From contig CAVTJJ010000004.1 in the NCBI GenBank assembly GCA_963735035.1, positions 1,312,001 through 1,376,000 on the forward strand: DNA of 64,000 bases, given 5' to 3'. Source of the DNA: an uncultured candidate division Zixibacteria bacterium. Its GTDB lineage: Bacteria > Zixibacteria > MSB-5A5 > GN15 > FEB-12. The first letter of the stretch is position 1, and each line of letters opens with the position of its first letter. Of the stretch, positions 8,744-19,205 are shown in pieces. The translations under genes and the position numbers were made by a program. The notes below the pieces were generated by a model. It made no database searches. It had not been told where the DNA came from and was given only the letters and a program-made list of their open reading frames with translations.

Positions 8744-10456
8744 ATGGACAAAACGCGCGTCCCGAACCAGCTCGGACTTTTTCTCCCGCTCCGATTGGCG
8801 ACGTACATGGTGCTTATTGCCATTGCGGTCGCCTGGATGCACGATCCGAAATATCTGCATTTTCCGGTTATCATCTATTCGCTCGTGACCCTGGCCTTTG
8901 CGGTCGGACTTGCCCTGGAACGGAAACTAGGCCTGAAGGGTGTTACGCGAGTCTTGACCGCCTTACAGTTCCTGATCGAAATCACGTTGGAATCCGGCAT
9001 CATCTACGTTACCGGCAACATCCACTCGCCATTTTCGGCGCTCTTCGTACTGACAATTGTTTCGGCAGCTCTGGTGTATCGGCTGGTGGGAACATTGGTG
9101 GTGGCGTCGATTGTCTCAGTCGCCTATGCTTTTGTCATCTGGCTCGGTCTTACCCAGGGCGCGGGTGACCTGAGCGTCCAGGCACTGAAGACGATATTCT
9201 CTTCGAATGACCTGGCCTTCTACGGCATACTGCTGCACATCCTGATATTCTATCTGACCGCCTTCGTCTCTGGATACCTGGCCGAACGACTGAGCAGCAA
9301 CGTGCGACAACTGCAGGACGCGTCCAGCGCTTTGAAACGAGCTCAGTTGGAGACGGACGACATCCTTCGCCATCTGAATTCAGGTCTGCTTACGGTGGAT
9401 GCTTCAGGTCATGTCATCTACTTCAACCGGGCTGCGGAAAAGATCCTCGGTTATCACGAAGAAAATGTGAGAGGAATGCCCTGTGTCGACGTCTTCTCCG
9501 AGCGAATGCCTGAATTGGCGGCCTGCCTGATGGACGGTGTCAGGTCACGCATGGGGTATCCTCGTCGTGAGCTAGAGATTAGGAATCAGGCCGCGAAGCA
9601 GGTGCCGCTGGGGTTGTCCACTTCGATTCTGACCGAGGACTCAGGCGAACTTCGGGGCGTCATAGCCATATTTTCGGATCTGACCGAAGCAAAGGAACTG
9701 GAAGCCAAGGTTCGCAAGAGCGACCGTCTGGCGGCGGTAGGCGAGCTGTCGGCATCGATTGCGCATGAAATCCGCAATCCGTTGGCCGCGATCTCGGGAT
9801 CGGTCGAGTTGCTCTCGCGCGAACTGGCCCTGGACGGGGAGAACCAGCGGTTGATGGCTCTCATTATGAAAGAATCCCAGCGTCTCAATCGCATTCTGAC
9901 CGATTTCCTGACCTACGCACGAATGGAGCGTCCAGCCTACAACAAGGTTGAGTTGTGTCATATCGTCGCCGATATCCGCGAGCTTCTCAAACGCCACGAA
10001 GCGGTGCCGGACAATGTGACCCTGCGCTTTGACACCGACGAGTCGTTTGCGTATGTGGTTGGGGACGAAGGGCTCGTGCGACAATTGGTTATGAATCTCG
10101 CCCTCAATGCCTGCGAGTCGTTCGACGGAAAATCCGGGGAAGTGGTCTTCCGTTTGGGGAGGATGGCCGGTAGCGGGACGGTCTGGCTGAGCGTCCGTGA
10201 CAACGGCCCCGGGATTGATCCGAAAATAGTCGATAAGATCTTCCAACCCTTCTTTTCCACCAAGAAAACCGGCACTGGTCTGGGGCTGGCGATTGTCCAT
10301 CGCATCTGCAACGCCCTGGGATTGAGGCTTCATCTCCACACCCGGCCCGGCCAGGGGACGACTTTCACGGTCGCTTTCACCAGCTACGCTCCTGGGAGCC
10401 CTGTCGCCGAAGGTCAGGTTCCTGATCCAGACTTCACCGAAATCGGGGTCCACTAG
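8744..10456 (+). CDS. pilS: PilS-like sensor histidine kinase (multi-TM, PAS, HisKA, HATPase)
   Basis: VTGNIHSPF TM motif, AHEIRNPL, NLALNA, DNGPGI, FFSTK, GTGLGL; follows pilC. Confidence 0.8.
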   Translation: MDKTRVPNQLGLFLPLRLATYMVLIAIAVAWMHDPKYLHFPVIIYSLVTLAFAVGLALERKLGLKGVTRVLTALQFLIEITLESGIIYVTGNIHSPFSALFVLTIVSAALVYRLVGTLVVASIVSVAYAFVIWLGLTQGAGDLSVQALKTIFSSNDLAFYGILLHILIFYLTAFVSGYLAERLSSNVRQLQDASSALKRAQLETDDILRHLNSGLLTVDASGHVIYFNRAAEKILGYHEENVRGMPCVDVFSERMPELAACLMDGVRSRMGYPRRELEIRNQAAKQVPLGLSTSILTEDSGELRGVIAIFSDLTEAKELEAKVRKSDRLAAVGELSASIAHEIRNPLAAISGSVELLSRELALDGENQRLMALIMKESQRLNRILTDFLTYARMERPAYNKVELCHIVADIRELLKRHEAVPDNVTLRFDTDESFAYVVGDEGLVRQLVMNLALNACESFDGKSGEVVFRLGRMAGSGTVWLSVRDNGPGIDPKIVDKIFQPFFSTKKTGTGLGLAIVHRICNALGLRLHLHTRPGQGTTFTVAFTSYAPGSPVAEGQVPDPDFTEIGVH

Positions 10457-10529
10457 TCTCGTTTGGCCTTGATTTTGTCTCCAGGTTGTATAAGTTGCGT
10501 GTTCGTTCTCGTTTTGGATGGAGTAAAGA

Positions 10530-12329
10530 ATGCGCATTTCGAATCGATTAGTCTTCTGCTTCCTGGCCTGTGCTGTGATCTTGGTAACCTGTGGGGGGCC
10601 GCCCAAAGTACAATGGGAGACCCTCGACCGCTACAATTTCGACGTGGCAGAGGCTTCGCCCAATTTTCGTATGCCGGCCAAGCATCTGTATGAGTTGATG
10701 TATTTCTCCAGAGTTGCGGCGGCCGGAGGACCGGTGACTGATTCGATGATCCGTGCTTTCCGCGACAGTGTGCTCGTCGATTCCTTCATGGTGATGTCGG
10801 TCGATAAGTACGATTTGCACTCCAACTGGTACCAGTACCGCGACTACCGAGATCGATCCAACGCCACCTTGAGACAGGCCTTTTGGGATGACAGGGTCGG
10901 CTCCAAGATTGTTGTCGATACCCAGGAAGTAATCAAATATTACAAAGACCATCCCGATGAGTTTTCGTATCCAGAGCAGGCTGACATTTATCACATACTA
11001 AGCAGTCCGCTGGGATTCCGTCAGGGGCCCGATTCGGTCCTGGTTGACCGTTGGACCCGTGAGGACCTGTCCCGATTCTCGGAAGTTTACGCCTGGCGTC
11101 TGTACCAGCTTCTGCTGTACGGCGAGGCTTTTGAAAACGTCGCCCATAATTACTCTCATGACCTTCAGTCGCGTGATCGAGGCGGTCATCTCGGCTGGGT
11201 GAAGCGGGGAGTCTACGTCGACCCCTTCGATTCTATCGCTTTTTCATTGAAAGACGGTGATTTCTCCAAGCCTTACAAGGACGATGACGGCTGGCACATA
11301 ATCCTTCGTGCTCGCTATAATCCCGCCGGCCCGCTTCCTTTGGATACTCCTTCGGTCTACGTGAAGGCCCGCAACGCCGTCTTCAGCGTCAAAGGAACGG
11401 CTATGGCCGCTCAAATAATGGACAGTCTACACAAGGCCGCAACTGTCACGATCAATCCAATTGTTCTGACCGATACTGTCATCTACCTGATCGATGACTC
11501 GGTGTGGGCAGCCGTGATCAACGGTACCGATACGATAGATGCCCTTCGACTGAAAGGTTTCGAAGAGGATTATCGGCGCAGCTACGGGGTCGGCAACACG
11601 CCTCCGGATATTCGCCGGCTGATGGTACTTCACGCCACCGGCCCGGTTCTGGTAGAAGAAGCGGCGCGTCGTCTGGGATTGGACACGTTGCCCGCGCAGG
11701 TCGAAGCTGATCGTCAGGTGTGGAAAGAAACAGTCAAAGCGCTCATGGTCGCCAATCTATATACCAATGACAAGTGGGCCCCGACCGACTCCGCCATCGA
11801 GCAGTATTATCAGGACCATTTCGACGAATACAACCCGGACCCTCATTTCAAGGCCGAGCAACTGGTAGTACAGGACCGCGAATTGGCCGAGTTCCTCCGG
11901 GAGCAGGTCAATTCGGGATTCACACTGAAGTACTTATATGACTACTACGCTAAGGGCGAAGGGTACGACATCAAGTACGAGGAACTAGGCACCGTCAATA
12001 AGGGTACCGTGGATTCGGCTCTTTACGAGGCCATGCGGCGTACCCACGAGTATCGTTTCACCAAGGTAGTCAAGACGCCCCGCGGATATCATATTGCCCG
12101 GATTCTGGAGCGGAATTACGCCCAGCCGTTGGAAGTCGTTCGGGCGAATATCCGAACCATATTGGTCGACGTACACCGCCACCAATACTGGAACGAATAC
12201 AGGGATAGTATCTTCCAGGCCTGGGATGTCAAATTCCCCGGTACTTTGCCGCCTTTTGAATTGCCCAGGCTTTCTCTGAGGAACCATAAACGGACGTTGC
12301 CCAGATTACCCGTTGCTGACTTCGAGTGA
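10530..12329 (+). CDS. Exported parvulin-type peptidyl-prolyl isomerase, probable lipoprotein
   Basis: HIL, FENVAHNYSHD..RGGHLGW, GWHII; second domain TPRGYHI; N-terminal ILVTC. Confidence 0.8.
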   Translation: MRISNRLVFCFLACAVILVTCGGPPKVQWETLDRYNFDVAEASPNFRMPAKHLYELMYFSRVAAAGGPVTDSMIRAFRDSVLVDSFMVMSVDKYDLHSNWYQYRDYRDRSNATLRQAFWDDRVGSKIVVDTQEVIKYYKDHPDEFSYPEQADIYHILSSPLGFRQGPDSVLVDRWTREDLSRFSEVYAWRLYQLLLYGEAFENVAHNYSHDLQSRDRGGHLGWVKRGVYVDPFDSIAFSLKDGDFSKPYKDDDGWHIILRARYNPAGPLPLDTPSVYVKARNAVFSVKGTAMAAQIMDSLHKAATVTINPIVLTDTVIYLIDDSVWAAVINGTDTIDALRLKGFEEDYRRSYGVGNTPPDIRRLMVLHATGPVLVEEAARRLGLDTLPAQVEADRQVWKETVKALMVANLYTNDKWAPTDSAIEQYYQDHFDEYNPDPHFKAEQLVVQDRELAEFLREQVNSGFTLKYLYDYYAKGEGYDIKYEELGTVNKGTVDSALYEAMRRTHEYRFTKVVKTPRGYHIARILERNYAQPLEVVRANIRTILVDVHRHQYWNEYRDSIFQAWDVKFPGTLPPFELPRLSLRNHKRTLPRLPVADFE

Positions 12330-12966
12330 AATAAAGCCCGCCGAGCAGATCCCGTTTTCGCAGGAGCTGTGGCGCAAAGCTACTCACATGGGCGCCCTCG
12401 TAATTCCGGGCGGCTATTACGTGCTGGGCCTGTCACGCCCTGAAATGATAGCGATCATGGCGCCAATCGCGCTAGCGATGTTCATGATCGATGTTTCCCG
12501 ACTCCGTCAGTGGGCTTTCTGGTGTAACTTCGCCGAGCGTATCGGCGGCAAAATGGTTCGGGACCACGAGAAATCAGGCGATTTTACCGGTGCTACTTAT
12601 ATCTTGATCTCGGTCTGTCTGACCGTCGCCCTCTACTCCAAACCGATCGCGATTGCCGCTCTGGCGTTTATTATTGTCGGCGACACGTTTGCGGCCCTGA
12701 TCGGACGCAAGTTCGGCCGTCATCGGTTCGGCCGCAAATCGGTAGAAGGCTCGCTGGCTTGTCTTGTGGGTACCGGGATCGTGGCTTTTCTAGCTCCTGA
12801 CCTGACCATACCTGTGGCCCTGACCGGGGCGGTGGTTGCAACCTTCACCGAGGCGGTTTCCTTGACCATCGACGACAACATCACCGTGCCCCTGATGTCA
12901 GGCTTGATAATGACCCTCGTTCAGCGGGTTCTAGAAGTGAGTCAAGGCACAGCTTCGCTCGTTTAA
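12313..12966 (+). CDS. SEC59/DGK1/VTE5-family (phytol/dolichol kinase-like) membrane protein
   Basis: ELWRKATH, GDTFAALIG, KSVEGSLA, DDNITVP. Confidence 0.85.
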   Translation: MLTSSEIKPAEQIPFSQELWRKATHMGALVIPGGYYVLGLSRPEMIAIMAPIALAMFMIDVSRLRQWAFWCNFAERIGGKMVRDHEKSGDFTGATYILISVCLTVALYSKPIAIAALAFIIVGDTFAALIGRKFGRHRFGRKSVEGSLACLVGTGIVAFLAPDLTIPVALTGAVVATFTEAVSLTIDDNITVPLMSGLIMTLVQRVLEVSQGTASLV

Positions 12967-13170
12967 TCACTTGTCCTGCAATAAATTGCAATCAAATCGC
13001 TGGCCGGAGGGAAAAGATTTCTGGGGTTGGGGCCGGGTGGTCGTTTCTGAAACAAATTGGAGCGGGACATATCAATTAATTTGTTGGCTCAAATGCTGCC
13101 AGTTGGTATAATAATCATGGAGCAAGAAGCTCAGTCGAGAAACCTCACGCACGGTACAGGAGGTGTACTT

Positions 13171-13377
13171 GTGTCTAAGGGTCAAGTGAAGTATTTCAAC
13201 GAACACAAGGGTTGGGGATTGATCGCTGATCGGGATTTAGATCGGGACATCTATGTCCATCACAGCGCCATCAAGATGGATGGCTACAAGACTTTAAGAG
13301 AGGGACAATTGGTGTCATTCGAGATCGCCCATACGGAGCTTGGGCCGCAGGCATGTAATGTGACACCGCAGGCCTGA
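13171..13377 (+). CDS. Cold-shock domain protein
   Basis: KGQVKYFNEHKGWGLI..DIYVHHSAI..GYKTLREGQ; GGAGGT RBS before GTG. Confidence 0.9.
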   Translation: MSKGQVKYFNEHKGWGLIADRDLDRDIYVHHSAIKMDGYKTLREGQLVSFEIAHTELGPQACNVTPQA

Positions 13378-13397
13378 TCAGCCTTTACAATTCCGCG

Positions 13398-13437
13398 AAG
13401 CCTCCCGGGCAGTGTGCCCCGGGAGGCTTTGTATTTT
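13398..13437 (+). terminator. Rho-independent terminator
   Basis: AAGCCTCCCGGG...CCCGGGAGGCTT followed by a T-rich tail. Confidence 0.7.
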
Positions 13438-13509
13438 GTGTCCGCCTGCTCCCTAAAGTCAGATCATTAGCGCTTAACAAGTGCATTCGCACGCCTTATA
13501 TTGTCACCC

Positions 13510-14542
13510 ATGAAAAACATAGATCTACGCTCCGATACCGTCACGCGGCCGTCGGCCGCCATGCGTGATGCCATCGCCCGGGCCGAAGTAGGCGACGATG
13601 TCTTTGGTGATGATCCGACCGTCAACGAACTCGAAAAGTACGTGGCCGCGCTATTTGAGCGTGAGGCTTCGATGTTTGTACCTTCGGGGACAATGGCCAA
13701 CCAGATCTGCCTCAATGTCCAAAGCCTGCCGGGCTGGGAACTTCTCTGTGACCGCGAATGCCATGTGGTCAACTATGAGGCCGCTGCTCCAGTGCTGCAC
13801 TCGCAACTGTTGATCAATCTGGTAACGACCGAACGTGGCATGCTCACGGCTGATACGGTCCGCAAATTGATTCGCCCGAAGAACCTCCATCACCCTGAGA
13901 CCAAGATGGTGGCGCTCGAAAACACCCACAATCACCAGGGTGGGACCATTCTGCCTCAGGATGAAATCGTCAAGCTTCGCAAAGTCTGTGACGAATTCGG
14001 TCTGGTGTACCATCTCGACGGTGCGCGCATCTGGAACGTGCACGTCGCCACCGGCATGTCTCTTCCGGAATTGACCCGTCCCTTTGATTCCATTTCGTGC
14101 TGTCTCTCCAAGGGGCTGGGCGCTCCGGTCGGCTCAATGGTGGTCGGTTCGGCTGAGTTGATTCTCAAAGGCCGTCGCCGTCGCAAAATACTTGGCGGCG
14201 GTATGCGCCAGTCCGGGATTCTGGCGGCCGCCGGACTATACGCGGTGAAGAACAACATTCCTCGCCTGGCCGAGGATCATGCCAACGCCGCGTACATGGC
14301 GGCGCAGTTGAACCAACTACCGTCATTTAAGGTCGATTTGTCGCGCGTGCAGACAAACATCATTCTGGCCAACATTGTTACGGGGCAGACCGGCGAGCAG
14401 GTGCTGGCCCGTCTCAAGCAGGTCGGTGTGCTGGCCGTGCAATTCGGCCCGGCCACCCTTACGCTTTGTGACCCATCTCGACGTCTCCCGCGCCGATTGT
14501 GAAGAAGCCCTGGGACGCATAGCTGACGCGATGAAGGGATGA
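13510..14542 (+). CDS. ltaE: Low-specificity L-threonine aldolase; one extra base near 14460
   Basis: DLRSDTVT, PSGTMANQ, LENTHN, HLDGAR, CLSKGLGAPVGS; shifted frame gives RFVTHLDVS...MKG* overlapping the next ATG. Confidence 0.9.
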
Positions 14543-15313
14543 AACGGAATTCGTTTACGGTACTCGGTTCCTCGTCGGGGCTGCCGCAGGCCGACCGCGC
14601 CTGTTCCGGGTACGTGCTGGAAACAGGGGAGAGTCTAAGCTTGATAGATTGCGGGGGTGGGGTGGCCTCGTCGTTTCTTCGATTCGGTTTCGATCCTATG
14701 AAGCTGGACCGGGTCTTTATTACCCACACCCATACCGATCATTGTTGCGAATTGACGCTCGTTATCCAGATGCTGCACGTGTTGAGATCGACACGCAGTC
14801 TGGAAATTTACGTACCGGACGAGTTCGTTCGGCCATTTCTGGCATACCTGAACGCCGTGTATCTCTTTCCTCAGCACATTACTCCCGACTTGCATATACA
14901 CGGATATGCCGACGGATTTCGGTATCAGGGCCCCGGCTTCGAGTTGACGGCGATAGCCAATCAGCACATGGCTAAGTCGGCTGACATTATCGAGCAGTAT
15001 GACATCCCCAATCAGATGCAATGCCACTCCTTCCGGGTTGAGACTGAGGAGACGGCGTTGCTGTACTCGGGTGATTTGGCTGATTTTCAGGAACTTGTCC
15101 CGTATTTGGACGACGTGAGCGATTGCCGTCGTCGAAGCCACTCATATAGATCTGAACCAGCTGTTCGAGCACGCTCGTACGTCGGAAGTGCGAGACTACG
15201 TTCTGACTCATCTGGGGAGCCGGGAAGAAGTAGCCGCTTTGGAGGTAAATATTAAGAGGTCGGGTAGTACGAAAATCAGGACGGCTTCAGATGGACTACG
15301 AATTCCTCTTTAG
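14539..15313 (+). CDS. MBL-fold metallo-hydrolase (RNase Z-like); frameshift near 15120
   Basis: VLGSS, IDCGGG, THTHTDH, YSGD; shifted frame supplies VVEATH and VLTHL. Confidence 0.8.
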
Positions 15314-15492
15314 CCCACAACGAGTTAGTGAGATTGGACCCTTTGTTTACCTAAGGTGTAAAAAGAGAGTTGAAAAGGATCGGTGAAGATTGTATTTGGA
15401 ACGGGACCGGGACCGAATGATATTCCCGGCCAATAAACTATGGACTGGGCTTGTCGTAGGCAGGCCGAAATGGAAACTTCAGGAGGTATTCG

Positions 15493-16015
15493 ATGAAACT
15501 TCGTTGGTCACACGTTTTGATCACGATGGCAATGGTTTTGGCCTTTACCTGCGCTTTGATGGCTCAGGAAGCTGCCAAGACTGAGGCTCCCAAGCATCAG
15601 TTCGTTGGCGAGAAGGGCTGCAAGATGTGCCACAAGAAGGACGGAATTGACAGCAGCTGGGCAGCCACCATCCACGCCACAGCCTATCGACAAATTGGCT
15701 GAAGCCGACAAGAAGAACGAGGCTCTGATTCCGTTCTACACCACCGGAACGACCGCTGAAGGCGAACTGCTCACCGGTGTACAGTGCGAAGCCTGTCACG
15801 GCGCTGGATCAGACTACAAGAAGATGACCGTGATGAAGGACAAAGCGGCCGCGATTGCTGCCGGTCTGGTGATGCCGGACGCCAAGGTTTGCGCGAAGTG
15901 CCACAATGACAAGGCCCCGGGCAAGCTCGGTGCCACGGCCAAGGACTTCGATTTCGCCAAGGCGAAAGTAGCGGGCGTGCATGCCAAGGCTATCAAGGCG
16001 ACCACGACTCCGTAG
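15493..16015 (+). CDS. Exported triheme c-type cytochrome (c554/c552-like); frameshift near 15688
   Basis: Signal peptide; CKMCH, CEACH, CAKCH across two frames; AGGAGG RBS. Confidence 0.85.
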
Positions 16016-16049
16016 TTGGCCGTCTGCAGACTTTGCTTTGACAGTGACT

Positions 16050-16082
16050 AAAGCGCCCCCATTTCGGGGGCGCTTTTCTTTA
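16050..16082. terminator. Probably bidirectional terminator
   Basis: AAAGCGCCCCC-ATTTC-GGGGGCGCTTT between the convergent cytochrome and tRNA genes. Confidence 0.75.
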
Positions 16083-16150
16083 TGGCCAATCGCTACCAAT
16101 GCCTGGGGACGAATCAGAATCCGGATAATTGGAAGGGGAAAAGGGTATAA

Positions 16151-16224
16151 TCGGGGTGAGAGGATTTGAACCTCCGACACCATGCTCCCAAAGCATGTGC
16201 GCTACCAGACTGCGCCACACCCCG
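16151..16224 (-). tRNA. tRNA-Pro(TGG), CCA not encoded
   Basis: Reverse complement folds as CGGGGTG..CATGC-TTTGGGA-GCATG..GGTTCAAATCC..CACCCCG-A. Confidence 0.95.
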
Positions 16225-16313
16225 AGTAGGCTGCCATGATACCGCTATCGACATAAGTCTGTCAAGGGACGAACATTGTTGCTTGCCAATCGGTTCCGGG
16301 CGCGTAGATTATT

Positions 16314-17348
16314 ATGATGTCCAGATCGAATTTGCTCGGCTATACCCTCCAACAAATGGAGGACCTGCTGGTTCAGTTGGGTGAACGACCCTTCCGGGGA
16401 AAACAACTGTTCAAATGGCTGTATAACAACAGGCAATACGATTTTCAGGCTATGACCGATTTCACGAAAGAGCTTCGGGCCAACATTGAGGCGAATTACG
16501 AGTTTCGCCCGCCCACTTTGCAGGTGAAGTCGGAATCACAGGACGGCACGATAAAATTCCTGTTTCAACTGGACGATGGATCTCCGGTGGAAACGGTTCT
16601 GATTCCGGACGACGAACGTCAGACCTTGTGCGTGTCTTCTCAGTCAGGTTGTGCTCTAAAATGTCGTTTTTGCGCCACCGGGACGATGGGGCTAAAGCGC
16701 AACCTGTCGGTGGGTGAGATGGTTGGGCAGTTGATCCACGTGCGAGACAATTACGGTAACGAGGCTTTCTCGAACGTCGTCTTTATGGGTATGGGTGAAC
16801 CGTTCAACAACTACGATAACTTGATCGCCGCCTTACGCATTATGAGCGACTCACTTGGTCTGGGTATCGCCGCCAAGAAAGTGACCGTATCTACTTCCGG
16901 CATCACACCGATCATTCGCAAATATGCCGATTCCGGATCGAAAGCCAATCTGGCGTTGTCGCTTCACGCCGCCACGCAGGAAAAACGCGTAGCAATTATG
17001 CCGGTTGCCCGGACTTACGATCTGGATAATTTGATGGCGGCCATCCGGTACTATACCGAGAAGACCGGACGACGCGTTACATTCGAGTACATTCTTTTCG
17101 ACGGGTTTAACGATACGATGGAAGACGTCCTGGCGCTGACCAGACTGGTGCAGGGGATCCCTTGCAAGATTAATGTACTGGCGTATAATCCGGTGCCGGG
17201 GCTCGATTTTGCCCGTCCGACCGACGAGAAAGTTGACTGGTTCGCAAAAATGCTCTATCCTCGGACGCCGGCTGTTACCGTCCGCAAGAGCCGGGGACAG
17301 GATATCGACGCCGCCTGCGGCCAGTTGGCTGCCCGGTATGACCAATAG
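16314..17348 (+). CDS. rlmN: Dual-specificity RNA methyltransferase RlmN
   Basis: CVSSQSGCALKCRFC, MGMGEP, SLHA, DIDAACGQL. Confidence 0.95.
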   Translation: MMSRSNLLGYTLQQMEDLLVQLGERPFRGKQLFKWLYNNRQYDFQAMTDFTKELRANIEANYEFRPPTLQVKSESQDGTIKFLFQLDDGSPVETVLIPDDERQTLCVSSQSGCALKCRFCATGTMGLKRNLSVGEMVGQLIHVRDNYGNEAFSNVVFMGMGEPFNNYDNLIAALRIMSDSLGLGIAAKKVTVSTSGITPIIRKYADSGSKANLALSLHAATQEKRVAIMPVARTYDLDNLMAAIRYYTEKTGRRVTFEYILFDGFNDTMEDVLALTRLVQGIPCKINVLAYNPVPGLDFARPTDEKVDWFAKMLYPRTPAVTVRKSRGQDIDAACGQLAARYDQ

Positions 17349-17357
17349 GAGGTTTGC

Positions 17358-18761
17358 ATGTTCGACCGAAGAATAAGACTGGCTCTCGCGCTTCTCTGTC
17401 TGGGGTTCGTTTCTGGAGCCCTGGCCGCCGAGCCGGAAGTGATCGTCGGAGACATCGGTTTTCCCAAGAATTCATGGGGGGAGCAGATTCTGCCTTTCGA
17501 CGTAACCAACAAGACCGAATGGTTGAAGTTTATAGTCGTAGAGACAGACGTCCGGTTCGAAGGTTCATACGTCAACCCGCACCGCGTAACACGCACCAAT
17601 TTCATTCTGGAACCAGGCGCCAGGACTAAGATAGAGCCTCGGCTGGACATACCGCCGAATTTTGGACAGATGATATTCGTGGTCAAACTCTACGATGTGG
17701 TCGACACCCTCGATGATCTCGCCATGGGCGTTCAGGTCTACGAGCAACCCTTCCGAATCAAGTTCCCAATGCCCTCGGCGGTAGTCCCTTATTTTCAGGA
17801 GCGGATAACCCTGCCACCCTTGGTCGGTCAACATGGCTTGTTCGACAACGAGTTGGTCCGTCTCATGATGGTAATGATCTCGGAAGGGAAGAAGATTTCC
17901 GAGATCGCGGCTATCTGTGACGCCGACTCGACCTTTGTGGATGGTGTCGCTATCGATCTTGATGCGGAGCGTTATATAAAGAAGTCCGGCGATACTTGTT
18001 GGACGCACGTGCCCGTAATTACTACGGCTGAAGCCAAGGTCGGTAAAGAACTTTCAGACAAGATATCAGCCCGATTGGTCGAAATCCTGACGAAGAATCT
18101 CAATCGTCGCCAGCCGGTTATTGACTCCATGAAAGCTACCGGGAAATTCAGCGGTGACCCGACCAACTTTGTCGAAGGAGGAACGGTTCTGTTCAATCCA
18201 TACCCGCTGATCGGCGGACTGTATCTCTGGCAAGTGTTGGGTCAGAAGTTTATCGTAGGCAGCAGAAACATGGAGATTTTCCCGTACGGCAACTATTGCG
18301 ACCCCAAGATAGGCGCCTACATGTATCTGGCTATTGGCGGCGACTATCTGAACGGGCACCATTTCTTTTCCAGCACGGCGATGAGCAGTGGCTATCATTC
18401 CCAATTCGGGGATACGATTCCTGTAATCAACTGCAAGACCGGTTTCGAGAGGAAATTCCAGTTGGCTGAGAATATTGACTGGAACTACCCGCCCGGTTTA
18501 ACTCCGGAGACATTTCCGTACGACAGCACTTTTGTCAATCCGGTCCTCCGTGCCCTTGATGAGGGAGTCCAGCCGATTCTGCTGGATGCTATCAGCGAGT
18601 TGAGGAACATCGACAAACAGTATCGTTCGAGCGATCTGCCCATGGGTGTTCTTTACTGGTTTTGGAACCTGACAGCGTCACGAACCCTGGATGATCTGGC
18701 CAGTTCCGGAACGATCAAGCGCTCGGGCAACGGTCAGTACAAATATACGGAGAACAAGTAG
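17358..18761 (+). CDS. Exported hypothetical protein
   Basis: 467 aa, signal peptide ending ALA; AGGAGG RBS. Confidence 0.75.
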   Translation: MFDRRIRLALALLCLGFVSGALAAEPEVIVGDIGFPKNSWGEQILPFDVTNKTEWLKFIVVETDVRFEGSYVNPHRVTRTNFILEPGARTKIEPRLDIPPNFGQMIFVVKLYDVVDTLDDLAMGVQVYEQPFRIKFPMPSAVVPYFQERITLPPLVGQHGLFDNELVRLMMVMISEGKKISEIAAICDADSTFVDGVAIDLDAERYIKKSGDTCWTHVPVITTAEAKVGKELSDKISARLVEILTKNLNRRQPVIDSMKATGKFSGDPTNFVEGGTVLFNPYPLIGGLYLWQVLGQKFIVGSRNMEIFPYGNYCDPKIGAYMYLAIGGDYLNGHHFFSSTAMSSGYHSQFGDTIPVINCKTGFERKFQLAENIDWNYPPGLTPETFPYDSTFVNPVLRALDEGVQPILLDAISELRNIDKQYRSSDLPMGVLYWFWNLTASRTLDDLASSGTIKRSGNGQYKYTENK

Positions 18762-19186
18762 TGCGAACAGGTTGGGCGTTACTATCTGTGGTTGCGCTGG
18801 TGACCTGGGGATGCAGCGGAGACGATCTGCCTTCGAGGAATCAAATCCCGGTCATCCGTCAGCGGGTCTTTGCTCTCGAAGAGGGGATACGCGCTCGCAA
18901 TCGGGCAGGGATCGATTCACTCCTCTCGGTGGACATACTCGACGCCAAAGAGAATACCGATTCGCTGCTTCGATTCGTGTACGGTAGTGACGACCGCTTT
19001 CCTTTCAAGAAGCTGGGCGATTACACGATTTTCTTCAGCAAGGAGATCGGGGTGGTGGATTGCTTTATAATGGACAGCACTCAAAACCACGATCGCCCAC
19101 TGCGCCTAAAATACAAACTCAGCCACAAGCTCTGGCTGCTTACCGAGTTCGCCGCCGGAAATCCTGACTCGACTCTGCTCAAGTGA
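18761..19186 (+). CDS. Hypothetical lipoprotein (possibly NTF2-like)
   Basis: Lipobox-like TWGC; start overlaps the upstream stop. Confidence 0.65.
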   Translation: MRTGWALLSVVALVTWGCSGDDLPSRNQIPVIRQRVFALEEGIRARNRAGIDSLLSVDILDAKENTDSLLRFVYGSDDRFPFKKLGDYTIFFSKEIGVVDCFIMDSTQNHDRPLRLKYKLSHKLWLLTEFAAGNPDSTLLK

Positions 19187-19205
19187 GATAGCCCAACGGG
19201 ACACA

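Noticed and set aside
9641..10606. Long antisense ORFs (also 52376-53533 and 55282-56415)
   Set aside because: Shadows of well-supported sense genes, with no recognisable motifs
13057..13170. N-terminal extensions in the ORF track (csp, rplM, cdsA, UbiA, uvrC, CBS, sprT)
   Set aside because: Downstream starts fit RBS position or family length better
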